Source: Candidatus Omnitrophota bacterium (lineage in GTDB: Bacteria > Omnitrophota > Gorgyraeia > 2-01-FULL-45-10). From it: a DNA stretch of 64,000 bases. The notes beneath the pieces were generated by a model, which saw only the letters and a program-made list of their open reading frames with translations, made no database searches and was not told where the DNA came from. The position numbers and the translations under genes were made by a program. The stretch lies in contig JBAZKH010000003.1 in assembly GCA_041650935.1 (NCBI GenBank), positions 165,269 through 229,268 of the forward strand, read 5' to 3'. Shown piece by piece: positions 9,691-19,305 of the stretch (position 1 is its first letter; each line of letters opens with the position of its first letter).

Positions 9691-9790
9691 AGCTCCACCG
9701 CCTTACAGTGGCGGCTTCTTTTTTTACATGGTTCCGTTCAACTGGTTCATGGGTAAGTTTCGGCCCCGTTCCGCTGGAATTTCTTTCTCA
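9691..9790 (-). promoter_or_regulatory. Conserved leader element upstream of the HD-GYP gene (copy A)
   Basis: Blocks CTCCACCGCCTTACAGTGGCGGCTTCT, GGTTCCGTTCAA and CTGGTTCATGGGTAAGT are shared with 62995..63148. Confidence 0.5.
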
Positions 9791-9792
9791 CG

Positions 9793-10410
9793 CTAACTCT
9801 TGTTCCCGGATAACCTGACAAAAAATATCAGGATCGGCGCGATTAGAAGCGCATACATCGAAAAGAGCGGATAGACAAGAGCTATTGCCATGGCAATCAG
9901 GGAGACCAGCGGGAATATCAACAGCCTGGTCTTCTCCGCCTTGATATATGAATTGGAAAGGTTCTCGTCCACCAGATGGTGCAGCTTTGTAGCATATGCC
10001 CAGTTCAGGTAATTGAAAATGCCGACTATAAAGAGATTCGCCGCAAGGAATATCTCGGCGACAGAGGTCCCGGGAAACCTGTTCACTAATGACGAAGAGA
10101 ACGGGAGCAGCGCTATAAACATCAGCGTCAGGATATTTATCCATAAGTGATTGCGGTCCGTATGCTGGATGAAACGCGCCTGGTTATGATGGATATACCA
10201 CAGATACCCCAGGATAATGAAGACTATCATGTAAATTATTATGTCCTGGAAATATCCCGTAAGGAACTGGTCTATATTAAACTGACTGTACGCGTATATA
10301 TCATGAGGCAGTTTTATATCCAACACCAGTATCGTCATAACGATAGCAAAGACACCGTCTATCAGGGCGCTTATACGGTGGGGGAGTGTCTTATCCTGCA
10401 TCATATTCAT
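9793..10410 (-). CDS. TMEM175/DUF1211-family potassium channel-like membrane protein
   Basis: N-terminal RISALIDGVFAIVMTILVLDIK resembles the TMEM175 selectivity-helix motif (RxxxFSDGVFAIAxTLLVLE). About six TM segments. Confidence 0.6.
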   Translation of the reverse strand: MNMMQDKTLPHRISALIDGVFAIVMTILVLDIKLPHDIYAYSQFNIDQFLTGYFQDIIIYMIVFIILGYLWYIHHNQARFIQHTDRNHLWINILTLMFIALLPFSSSLVNRFPGTSVAEIFLAANLFIVGIFNYLNWAYATKLHHLVDENLSNSYIKAEKTRLLIFPLVSLIAMAIALVYPLFSMYALLIAPILIFFVRLSGNKS

Positions 10411-10432
10411 CTGTTTACCTCCGCCGTATTTG

Positions 10433-11596
10433 CTATTTCGGCTTAGCCGCAGGAACTTCCTGCGGGCCGGTTAGATCCTTCTTGATCTTCGCGAGTTCTT
10501 TTTCCGTAGGCTTCCTTATCCTCGCGATCTTATTGCGCGGAAATGAAACCTCCATACTCCCGTCGGGATGCTCCAGGTAGATGCTGTCGCTGGTCTCCCT
10601 GAGCACCTCCCCGGCCGCCAGCGTACCGCTCTTTAATTCCAGTATCATGAGTTTGCCTACGATATCCTCGACCTCCGCCGCGGTCGCGGGAGCTTCCTTA
10701 TCGCGATATGCGCCCGCCCCTACGGCAAAGACTTCGTCGCCGTATACGGCCTTCTTTACGTAAGTATGTTTTCTCGAGGAAGCCGCCTCTCCCGGTTTCG
10801 GCCATAGATAATCGACCCACCCCGCGCCCTTAGTAACGGCCGTATTTATTACCTCGCGCGTAAGATATTTTCCGGCAGGATCCTTATAATCGAACAGGTT
10901 CTTGTTCTCCACGTCGGGGAATCCGCCGTTCACGACCTCTATACCCTGCGGGGTATCGATGAATATATAGGTCCCGAGAAATACGAACTGGCTCGACTTG
11001 TCGCGCAAAGCGCCGAAGGCTTTCCGCCCTTCTCTCTCTACCAGGGCAACCGCCTCATTTACGGCATTGATGAGGAAGGCGTCCTCCACCTGTATATTAT
11101 ATAATCCGGCGCAGATGACATAGGTTTTGCCCGATGGGGCGGTTATGCGCTTGGCGAATGTGCTGTTCCAACCGGTGAAGATGCCGCCGGGTTCCGGCCA
11201 CTGAAAATGGAACCATCCCTCGTTCTTATTTGAATTGTTAGCCGTCGCCTCTATGATACCCTTTGTCACGGGCTTACCGTTAACGTCTTTGGTCTCTATC
11301 TGGTTCTTCCCGGCAAGCGCCGGATCGGGATGTTCAAGCATATTGCCGTCTGCGTCCATGACGAAGACGTAAACTTTGTCGTGCCGCCACCGGCTCCCGT
11401 CTTTTTTGAAATCCTCAAAAGCGGCTTCCCCTTTGCTCGCGACAAGCCCGGCGGCGCTCCTTACAAGGCTTACCAGGTCTTTCGTCTCCTGGTATTTATA
11501 ATCCGCCAATTCCTGCGCGCCGCACGCCGAAACCATAGCGGCAGAACAAAGTAATAGGGCCAATCCAAAAACAAGCACGCTTCTCGTCATACACAC
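10433..11596 (-). CDS. Lipoprotein with tandem Cache/PDC-like extracytoplasmic sensor domains
   Basis: Signal peptide with a lipobox (MVSAC). Two repeated modules, each with W..G..Y and GW..Y motifs. No transmembrane or output domain. Confidence 0.4.
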   Translation of the reverse strand: MCMTRSVLVFGLALLLCSAAMVSACGAQELADYKYQETKDLVSLVRSAAGLVASKGEAAFEDFKKDGSRWRHDKVYVFVMDADGNMLEHPDPALAGKNQIETKDVNGKPVTKGIIEATANNSNKNEGWFHFQWPEPGGIFTGWNSTFAKRITAPSGKTYVICAGLYNIQVEDAFLINAVNEAVALVEREGRKAFGALRDKSSQFVFLGTYIFIDTPQGIEVVNGGFPDVENKNLFDYKDPAGKYLTREVINTAVTKGAGWVDYLWPKPGEAASSRKHTYVKKAVYGDEVFAVGAGAYRDKEAPATAAEVEDIVGKLMILELKSGTLAAGEVLRETSDSIYLEHPDGSMEVSFPRNKIARIRKPTEKELAKIKKDLTGPQEVPAAKPK

Positions 11597-11713
11597 CCCT
11601 CTGATTTGTTATAGTCTAACTCCCACGCCGAAAGACTGCCATATTAAAGAATAGTATATCATAATTTCCGTCAGCGGGAAGCGCCTTTTACCCATATATA
11701 AGTACGATCTTTT

Positions 11714-12274
11714 TCATATTATATTTTTCATTCCCTTGCGGCGCGCGCGTTCAACGTACAGGAACAATACGCCGGGGCCGAATGAGAAGAACATGACCGC
11801 CAGCCCGAACGCTATTCCCATGAACGTCGAAAAACCGGCACAGCAATAGTCGCGATGCCGGATAATTATGTGCGTCGGCACCGCTACAAGAAGCTCAAGG
11901 ATACTTCCCACGAAAAGATATTTACACTGTGATCCGATAATATTGCGCGGCTGGAGGCGGGCACTTTTTTTGTAGAATACATACGCCCACACCGACCAGA
12001 CTACCAGCAGTACGGCAAGCGCCGACCACCACAACGGCGCGGCAAGAGGATCCCGCGTGATAACCTCTCCGATGGAAACCAGGAAACCCGCCGCGAGAAA
12101 GCCCATTGCCATACCGCTTGCGGCAAAAAGAAAGATTACGGGGCGCCTTGTGACAGGTCTATTTTCCGCGACCTGGACGGGAAGACGGAGCAGCGCGCAT
12201 TGCCCGATAAGCATGACAGCAACCCAGAGCCAGTAACGCCATGACGAGAATGTCAGTTCCGGGTTAATCTGCAT
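11714..12274 (-). CDS. Polytopic membrane protein of unknown function
   Basis: Five to six hydrophobic helices, and a Cys pair (YCCAGF) near the C-terminus. Confidence 0.4.
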   Translation of the reverse strand: MQINPELTFSSWRYWLWVAVMLIGQCALLRLPVQVAENRPVTRRPVIFLFAASGMAMGFLAAGFLVSIGEVITRDPLAAPLWWSALAVLLVVWSVWAYVFYKKSARLQPRNIIGSQCKYLFVGSILELLVAVPTHIIIRHRDYCCAGFSTFMGIAFGLAVMFFSFGPGVLFLYVERARRKGMKNII

Positions 12275-12400
12275 CTCTGTGCCTAAAAAAGATAATCAGC
12301 CGACCGGCAGCGTCAATACAACGATAATTACAAAATAAAGAAGCACTATCGGTATCGCCCAACGCCTCATTATCCGCCTCTGCCTTCTTTATATTACAGG

Positions 12401-13051
12401 CTATTTTGCCCGTTTTTTGAATATCGGCACCGTATAACGATTATGCAGCGTCCTCTTGCATGCGAGGCAAAAGCCGCTCCTCTTTTTGTCTATATCGGCA
12501 ATATAATTAGAAAAGGACATCGCGCATTTGGGATTTTTACAATGCGCCAGCCCCCATGTATGCCCCAGCTCATGGAGAGCTTCTTTAACGGCCCTTTCGG
12601 TAAATAACGTATTATCGGGCCTTAGGCCGTAGTATTCATTCCTGAGCCGCGCAAGAGATATGAGGCCCGTGAATTTGGATCTGTCCGCAACGCCAAACAC
12701 AAAATCGAAATCCGGTGAATAGAGATCGACGTCGGTTATTATGAGCGCGCTCTCGGTGCCGGTGTCGAGATTTATCCTTTGAGCGATGTCGCCAAGTATC
12801 ATCTCCGCAAGATACTGGCGCCGCGGCGCCGCATACGCGGATTCGGTGATCGTTTCATGCCTGTCGACTTTGACCCTCACCGTCATCGGCAGGCATGCGG
12901 GGAGACATTTCTTTACCGCTTCGACGGTCCGGGCGTCGGCATCTCCGGCCGGGAAAAGGTATATGTGCTCGTCGACCACTTTCGCCTCCGCCCCTGCCGC
13001 TAAAAATACCGCCGAGGCAATCAGCATCGCTATCAAAGCAAATCTGGCCAT
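12401..13051 (-). CDS. Archaemetzincin-family zinc metallopeptidase with an N-terminal signal peptide
   Basis: Complete archaemetzincin signature HELGHTWGLAHC-KNPK-CAM-x16-CLAC (HExxHxxGx3Cx4CxM...CxxC). The N-terminal MARFALIAMLIASAVFLAAGAEA looks like a cleavable signal peptide. Confidence 0.8.
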   Translation of the reverse strand: MARFALIAMLIASAVFLAAGAEAKVVDEHIYLFPAGDADARTVEAVKKCLPACLPMTVRVKVDRHETITESAYAAPRRQYLAEMILGDIAQRINLDTGTESALIITDVDLYSPDFDFVFGVADRSKFTGLISLARLRNEYYGLRPDNTLFTERAVKEALHELGHTWGLAHCKNPKCAMSFSNYIADIDKKRSGFCLACKRTLHNRYTVPIFKKRAK

Positions 13052-13067
13052 ACTTTCTCCGTCAGCA

Positions 13068-13889
13068 TTACCGCCAGATGATCCTGGGTTCGTTCCTTAA
13101 AGGAATACAGTTATATTCATACCTGGGATAACCGAAGAGCATGGCGCCATGGCAGACGGTCTTCGTCGAAAGTCCGGCGGCTTTTCGCGCCGGCGCGGAC
13201 GCATTGAGCGCCATCTGGAGATAACCCGCCCAGCACCCGCCCAACCCGAACGGCAGGGCGATGAGCTCGAAGTGCGCCATAGCAATAGCGCAGGCGGCCG
13301 GCGCAAGCATATCTTCTTTGAGACCATAGACGATCGCTATGTGGGGCGCTTTACGGCATATGTGGTCCTGGCCCGCGTCCCATGACGTTACGAGAGCTTC
13401 GAAGCGCAGCGATTCTGCCCGTTTATCCTTTTCGGCAACGAGAGCGCGCATCCACTCGATGGTAAGACCGGCAAGCTCCTGGACTTTTTTCGCATCATGT
13501 ATGACCGCCCAGTAGACCGACTGCCGGTTTATTCCGGACGGCGCATAACGCGCGATGTCGATCATCTTCTCTATGACGGGTTTTTCGACCGGCGTTTCTT
13601 TATAAACACGTATGGACCGGCGGCCCTTGAAGAACACTTCTACCTTTTCAGGCGTAAGACGCCAGCTGGCCGGCAGTTCTTTCAAGGTATCTATGGGCAT
13701 GGAGCCGAGCGAGAGCGCGCCCTTCGGGCAAACACAGGCACAATGGCCGCAGTCGATACATAACTTTTCGCGCTCCGCTATCGCTTTCGGGTTCTTATTT
13801 TCATCAAGCACAAGTATATTCAACGGGCACACCTCGACGCACGCTCCGCAATTGACACAATCCGCGGCATCTACTTTAATAATACTCAT
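13068..13889 (-). CDS. Ferredoxin-nitroreductase fusion (2x[4Fe-4S] domain + nitroreductase-family domain)
   Basis: CVNCGACVEVCP and CIDCGHCACVCP clusters, followed by a nitroreductase-like fold. Confidence 0.7.
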   Translation of the reverse strand: MSIIKVDAADCVNCGACVEVCPLNILVLDENKNPKAIAEREKLCIDCGHCACVCPKGALSLGSMPIDTLKELPASWRLTPEKVEVFFKGRRSIRVYKETPVEKPVIEKMIDIARYAPSGINRQSVYWAVIHDAKKVQELAGLTIEWMRALVAEKDKRAESLRFEALVTSWDAGQDHICRKAPHIAIVYGLKEDMLAPAACAIAMAHFELIALPFGLGGCWAGYLQMALNASAPARKAAGLSTKTVCHGAMLFGYPRYEYNCIPLRNEPRIIWR

Positions 13890-13908
13890 GATATTATACT
13901 CTCTCCTT

Positions 13909-15234
13909 TTATTTCTTCTCGACCTTACGGACCACCTGGCCTCCGAGGAAGATGAGGCCGATGATGATGCCTAGCATCGCTACCCACAGGATATAAGGAT
14001 GCTCTTCCGTCCAGGGCCTGGCCTCTTTGTACGGCACGTATTTATCGTTACGTATCTCGGCGGCAAGATGACCTTTGCCGAAACTCCCTATGGTCTTGCC
14101 CCTTATCACATCACCCAGGTCATAGTTGACCTGCTTTGCGGCGGGATTGCCGTAAAGAAGAGCGTAGCGCTCACTACCGTCGGGAATGATCACCAAAAAT
14201 TTCTTGAGAGAATATCCGGTCACGGATATCAGGCTGATAGGTTTATTATCGCCGTTAAATATTTTTACCTTCAGGTAGCGATACCCGCTATCCCGGAGCT
14301 CGAGGGTTAAATTCTGCTCCGGCTCATCATCGACCGATATGGAGAATATCACACCGCTGCCCGTACTGGTCCATTTTTTAAGGTCGTCGCTGCCTTCGAC
14401 TTCTACTCTCCTGAAAAAATTCGATTGCGCGGCGGCAAGATCGATCCTGGACAGCCGCAAACCCTTGGAGCCAAAATCGACTATATTCTCTACGGCCTTA
14501 TCAGCGCCGCAGGGCAAGCGGTTGATTATGGCCCCTTTGAACGAATCTTCTTCGGCCTTTACGCCGACGGCGTTGAATATTTCGAGGCTCTTTAATTTGA
14601 CCGGCTCTTTATCTTTATCATGAGGGACCGTAACGCGCACAAATTTATATGCGGACTCGGGAAACGATACAGACAGCTTATTTTCGCTATAACTCCCAAA
14701 GCCATATCCTATATAAGTTTCGTTTGTGTATTGCTCGAAGTAATGTTCCGTCGTCTGGTAGGAAAAAGAATAGACGCTGATACCTCTGCGTATGATCTCC
14801 CATCTCTTATTATCATTCGACCCTTCTATAGTTATCCGTCTTGCAAAATTATCGCTTTCCGGGATAACGACTATCCTGTTAAATGGTTTCAGCGGCGCTT
14901 TCAACTCAGCGGTTATAACGCTTTCCGCAGGCATGACCTTAGCCGATAAAACGACGGAGGACAGCTTCTCGTCTTTTGTGGTATCGGCCTGGCTGAATAT
15001 GGCGTAAGGAGACTCTCCGCCCTTCGAATCCGTCACCCTGAGGTCGCTTAATCCGGGTTTTGCCGCATTGAAGACCTGCGCGTCCAGGGGGATTGCGACG
15101 GCCCGCCGCGCCGTCTCCGATACGCGTATAGGCCTGTTGAATTCCCAGTATTTTGCCGTAACGTCGCAGAAAGCTGCCGTCGATAAAAAGATAAAGATGG
15201 CCGCTACCGGGACCAGGCTTATAAGTCTTCTCAT
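13909..15234 (-). CDS. DUF3999-family secreted, C-terminally anchored protein
   Basis: Signal peptide, a roughly 400 aa beta-rich region and a C-terminal TM. Immediately downstream of a DUF2339 gene, the usual partner. Confidence 0.45.
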   Translation of the reverse strand: MRRLISLVPVAAIFIFLSTAAFCDVTAKYWEFNRPIRVSETARRAVAIPLDAQVFNAAKPGLSDLRVTDSKGGESPYAIFSQADTTKDEKLSSVVLSAKVMPAESVITAELKAPLKPFNRIVVIPESDNFARRITIEGSNDNKRWEIIRRGISVYSFSYQTTEHYFEQYTNETYIGYGFGSYSENKLSVSFPESAYKFVRVTVPHDKDKEPVKLKSLEIFNAVGVKAEEDSFKGAIINRLPCGADKAVENIVDFGSKGLRLSRIDLAAAQSNFFRRVEVEGSDDLKKWTSTGSGVIFSISVDDEPEQNLTLELRDSGYRYLKVKIFNGDNKPISLISVTGYSLKKFLVIIPDGSERYALLYGNPAAKQVNYDLGDVIRGKTIGSFGKGHLAAEIRNDKYVPYKEARPWTEEHPYILWVAMLGIIIGLIFLGGQVVRKVEKK

Positions 15235-15257
15235 CTTGTCCTCCGCTTTTCCTTAGG

Positions 15258-17177
15258 TTAATCTTTCATCGCAAAATCACGTATCTCATTTTTATACTTC
15301 TGGTAGAAAAATGACGCCACGATAAGGACAACGCCCACCGATACGAACGAGACTATCCTGTACATACGGTCGAGCTGTGACAGGTCGACTAAGAAGATCT
15401 TGAGTATAGCGATTCCGAAGAGCACTAGCGCCATAATACGCAGAGCGCGGAACTTCCTGTAGATGCCTATCGTCACCAGCACAAGCGCATATATGACCCA
15501 TAATATCGACAACGTAAGCTCTCTGGCGCTGAAGAATTTTCCGTATTCCGTTAGAAATCCTGCGACCGGGGAAGCGGCCTTGAGATAGGCTATATGCGCA
15601 AAGTAAGTCTTCACTTCAACCGAAAGCTGTACCAGCATTACGAAATTAGCCGCCAGCACAAGGATGACCGGCATCTGTTTCTCGCCTTCCTCCATACCGT
15701 CTTTATTCTTCCTGTATAATCCGGCCGCGGCAAATATAATCAGGATGACGGCCAGGTATACGAACATGCGCTCGTTCAGGAGAAATGTATTAATTCCGAA
15801 ATCGGATGCCGAATAAGAGTAGTCGAAGAGAAGCAGTTTCAATAGAGCGATGATGCCTATTATAAGGGCGCCTTTGCGTATAGCGCGAAATCTAAGACTA
15901 AACCCAAGCCATGTAAGTACAAATGCTTCAATGGCCCAGCTTATCGCCACCCAGCCATACTTTAACTGTAACGGTATGGCGGTAGTTACAAAGATGACCG
16001 ACAGCCCTACATAGCTCAATATCACGGCCTTGTCGTCCCTGCATCGCTTCAGGGCACTGCAGGAAAACGCCGTGTAAACGCATGCCAGCGCCAGCGGCAG
16101 GAGCCCGGGGAGGGTGCCGGCGAACGGCTGCAAAATATAATAGAGGCCGACGAAATATATTATTCCGTTCGCAAGGATCAGCACTACATCCGTCTGGTCC
16201 GACTTTTCCTTATATATAAGGTTACGCACGATAGAGAGCAGGGAGAATATGACAAAGAATGCCGTGACAAACGATAGAGCAACGGGCAATTCATCCCGGG
16301 TATAATCCGAAGCGTACCAGGCATAATAAAAGGCTTGCGTCAGGAAAAAGGAGCCCATATTAAGCGCTCCCCACTTCTTATAAAGGCTTATGAATAATAC
16401 GCCCAGGTCCAGAAGTATCACGTAAGAGAATAATATGACCGCCGATATTTTCTCCGGGCCGATAAGCAGCGGCGTACAGAACCCTCCCACCAGGCCTATT
16501 ACCGCCGAACTTATCCAGCCGGTCCGGGTGGACCAGAACCCGCAATATAACGTAACGATAGTCATGAAGAGAAATGCCGGCAGTTGGCCTATGAGATGAT
16601 AGAACCCGAAGGCCGCGAATATCGACAGATATAATATGGCAACTCCTCCGCCGTGGAGCCCCTGGGCCATGATTTCATATCTCTTTCGCCGCGCGAACTC
16701 GCTGCCGGCTATCATCCCGAAGCCGACCATAAGCCCTATAATTACGCGGCCTAATTCTCCTATCCACCGGTTATCGAACGCGTATTTCAGGAAGAACGCG
16801 ACGCCAAGGAATACGGCAAGTAACCCTATACGGTTGAGCCAGACAAGCCCTATGGTGGATTCGAAGTCCTTCTCCTCTCCGCCGGACGGCGCACTAGCGG
16901 CCTTTGCATGGCCTATCGCAGGCGCGGATACTGCCTCAGGGGTGGAAATCTTTATGCGCCCGGCCGACTCTTTCGGCGGCTCGATACCGAGCTTCTTCTC
17001 AAGGCTTGTTAACCGTATATCTATCTGTTTGAAAGCCGCATTCACATCATTTACAAAACTGGGAAACCGGCCTTCCGATATGTCAGAAGAGCGCTTCTCG
17101 ATCAGCTGACTGCCGCAGCTCAAGCAGACCTTCCAGGAATCATCGAATACTTTCTTGCACTTGGGACACTCTCGCAT
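15258..17177 (-). CDS. DUF2339-family large polytopic membrane protein with an N-terminal zinc ribbon
   Basis: N-terminal CPKCKK...CLSCGS ribbon, followed by about 20 TM helices. Confidence 0.55.
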   Translation of the reverse strand: MRECPKCKKVFDDSWKVCLSCGSQLIEKRSSDISEGRFPSFVNDVNAAFKQIDIRLTSLEKKLGIEPPKESAGRIKISTPEAVSAPAIGHAKAASAPSGGEEKDFESTIGLVWLNRIGLLAVFLGVAFFLKYAFDNRWIGELGRVIIGLMVGFGMIAGSEFARRKRYEIMAQGLHGGGVAILYLSIFAAFGFYHLIGQLPAFLFMTIVTLYCGFWSTRTGWISSAVIGLVGGFCTPLLIGPEKISAVILFSYVILLDLGVLFISLYKKWGALNMGSFFLTQAFYYAWYASDYTRDELPVALSFVTAFFVIFSLLSIVRNLIYKEKSDQTDVVLILANGIIYFVGLYYILQPFAGTLPGLLPLALACVYTAFSCSALKRCRDDKAVILSYVGLSVIFVTTAIPLQLKYGWVAISWAIEAFVLTWLGFSLRFRAIRKGALIIGIIALLKLLLFDYSYSASDFGINTFLLNERMFVYLAVILIIFAAAGLYRKNKDGMEEGEKQMPVILVLAANFVMLVQLSVEVKTYFAHIAYLKAASPVAGFLTEYGKFFSARELTLSILWVIYALVLVTIGIYRKFRALRIMALVLFGIAILKIFLVDLSQLDRMYRIVSFVSVGVVLIVASFFYQKYKNEIRDFAMKD

Positions 17178-17283
17178 TTTAGCCGCCTCCTATAACAAAA
17201 AAAGCGTTAGAGCGACTCTAACGCCGTGAAAAAGTTATATTATCGACCTGGCATACATAATATAATTATATCATCTAATTATA

Positions 17284-19218
17284 TCAATGGGCGAGAAATT
17301 TTTTCTCCCCGGCCGTATATTCTTTTGTAGTCTCATCGAGCCGGACATAACAGGAATCGATCTTATCGAGCAGCTCTTTAAGTTCCCGGGATAGCTGGCT
17401 CCTGCGAATGGCCCCGATACCCGGCCTGGCCAGCTCTTTATTCATCTCTGCCGCTTTCTCTTCGGAAGCGACGATCTCTTTCTCCAGGCCCTTGACCCGC
17501 TCCTGCAGGGGTTTCAACACCCTGGATCTCATTGCGGCAAATTCCGCGCGCGCTTTTCTCTTCATCTTACCGCTATAGCCTTTTACAGCGCGAGCTGTCC
17601 CGGCTTTTGGCTGGTCCGGTGAAGGCGGCGGGATAGGAGGCAGCACAGCGCCGGTATCGGACGGGGTCTGTACTGAAACGGGTCTATGGGGCGCGGCAGC
17701 CTGTGTATTCCGGGAAGGTCTATCCGAGCCGTCATCTTCCCACCCGACACTATCCAGGAAATCCCTGTAATTACCCGGGTATAGAAATGCCCTGTCGTTC
17801 TTAAAGACGATCAGTTTCGTCGCTACCGCGTTCAGGAAATGTTCGTCGTGCGCCACTACGAGCGCCGCGCCCTCAAAATCTCTTACAGCATCCATCATCG
17901 CCTGGCAGGATTCGATATCCAGATGGTGCGTGGGCTCATCGAGAAAAAGTATATTGGAAGGCGCTACCAGCAGTTTGCCCAAAAGGACGCGGCTGCGCTC
18001 ACCGCCGGAGAGGACTTTGATCTTCTTCTCGGCGTCATCCCCCGGGAACATCATCGCCCCGCATATCCCGCGCACGCGCGATTTATCCATAAAGCCCTTG
18101 CGCGGGGATATCTCCTCTTCCACGGTAAGCTCGTCGTTTAGATCGGCCGTGTTCGCCTGTTCGTAATAAGCCGGGAGCGCCGCGGTATGCGTCTTGACAC
18201 TGCCGGCCACAGGGTTGAGCCGGCCCGAAAGTAATTTCAAGAGCGTGGTTTTGCCCTTGCCGTTTTTGCCCACGATACAGATCTTGTCATGCCTGTTTAC
18301 GGTAAAGTTCAGCCCATCGATAAGGTACGGCTCTTTTCCGCTGTATGAGAATGTGAGGTCGTTCACGTCCATGATCTGCTGGGCACGAAACGGTTCATAA
18401 TTGAATGAGAACGACAGCGTATGGATCTCTTCAAGCTTGTCCAGCTTATCCATCCGCTCGAGTTTCTTTATATTGGACTGCACGGCTTTTGCGTGGCTTG
18501 CCTTGGCGCGAAACGTCGTCACGTAATCCATGATCTGTTTGCGCCGCCGCTCGTCCTCAAGGCGTCTCTTCTCGTGCACTTCTTCATCTTTATACAGCTG
18601 GGCGTAATACTTCGCGGTCGACCCCTTCATCTTTCGCACATGCCCGCGGTGTATGCCCACTATATGCGTAGTGACGGAGTCGACAAGGTCCCTGTCGTGG
18701 CTTATTACGATCAGCTCGCCCCGCCACGACCGCAGGAATTTTTCGAGCCATCTTATCGAGACTATGTCCAGGAAGTTCGTCGGCTCATCCAGCAAAAGCA
18801 TATCCGGCTCGGAGACCAGTACCTTGGCAAGCGCAATACGCATCTGGAATCCCCCGGAAAATTCCGAGGGGCTGCGGGCAAAGTCCTCCACGCTGAAGCC
18901 AAGCCCGGAGAGTATCCGCTCCACCTTCCACTCCGCGCCCAGGTCGTCCGGCTTTAAGCCCCGGCATCCTTCTTCGAGGACCGTAGGTTTTGTGAAGATG
19001 AGGTGCTGTCCGAGATATCCTATGGTGTAGTTTTTAGGCCTGAAGACTTTGCCCTGTTCGGCCTCTTCCGCGCCGGTAATGATCCTGAATAACGTGGTCT
19101 TGCCGTGGCCGTTGCGGCCCACGAGCCCGATCTTTTCGCCGGCAAGAACATCGAAGCTCACGTCCTCGAAGAGCGCCCGGGTACCGTAACGCTTAGAGAG
19201 ATTTTTTACCGCTATCAT
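17284..19218 (-). CDS. ABC-F family ATPase (two ABC cassettes, no TMD; Uup/YbiT/EttA-like translation factor)
   Basis: Two Walker A motifs (GRNGHGKTT; GKNGKGKTT), two LSGG signatures, and a C-terminal coiled-coil/Lys-rich tail. Confidence 0.9.
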   Translation of the reverse strand: MIAVKNLSKRYGTRALFEDVSFDVLAGEKIGLVGRNGHGKTTLFRIITGAEEAEQGKVFRPKNYTIGYLGQHLIFTKPTVLEEGCRGLKPDDLGAEWKVERILSGLGFSVEDFARSPSEFSGGFQMRIALAKVLVSEPDMLLLDEPTNFLDIVSIRWLEKFLRSWRGELIVISHDRDLVDSVTTHIVGIHRGHVRKMKGSTAKYYAQLYKDEEVHEKRRLEDERRRKQIMDYVTTFRAKASHAKAVQSNIKKLERMDKLDKLEEIHTLSFSFNYEPFRAQQIMDVNDLTFSYSGKEPYLIDGLNFTVNRHDKICIVGKNGKGKTTLLKLLSGRLNPVAGSVKTHTAALPAYYEQANTADLNDELTVEEEISPRKGFMDKSRVRGICGAMMFPGDDAEKKIKVLSGGERSRVLLGKLLVAPSNILFLDEPTHHLDIESCQAMMDAVRDFEGAALVVAHDEHFLNAVATKLIVFKNDRAFLYPGNYRDFLDSVGWEDDGSDRPSRNTQAAAPHRPVSVQTPSDTGAVLPPIPPPSPDQPKAGTARAVKGYSGKMKRKARAEFAAMRSRVLKPLQERVKGLEKEIVASEEKAAEMNKELARPGIGAIRRSQLSRELKELLDKIDSCYVRLDETTKEYTAGEKKFLAH

Positions 19219-19305
19219 ATATGTATGAAAAAATAGGGACTCCCCCGAACCGTACTTTTTACGTAAATGGGAACCGTCCCTATTTTCCTTTGAGTCGGCG
19301 GAGCT

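Noticed and set aside
9608-9796. 62 aa ORF containing PPPYSGGF, and the similar string in the ORF at 62299..63207
   Set aside because: The shared peptide comes from the conserved non-coding leader motif CTCC(A/T)CCGCCTTACAGTGGCGGCTTCT translated in one frame. It is not a protein family.
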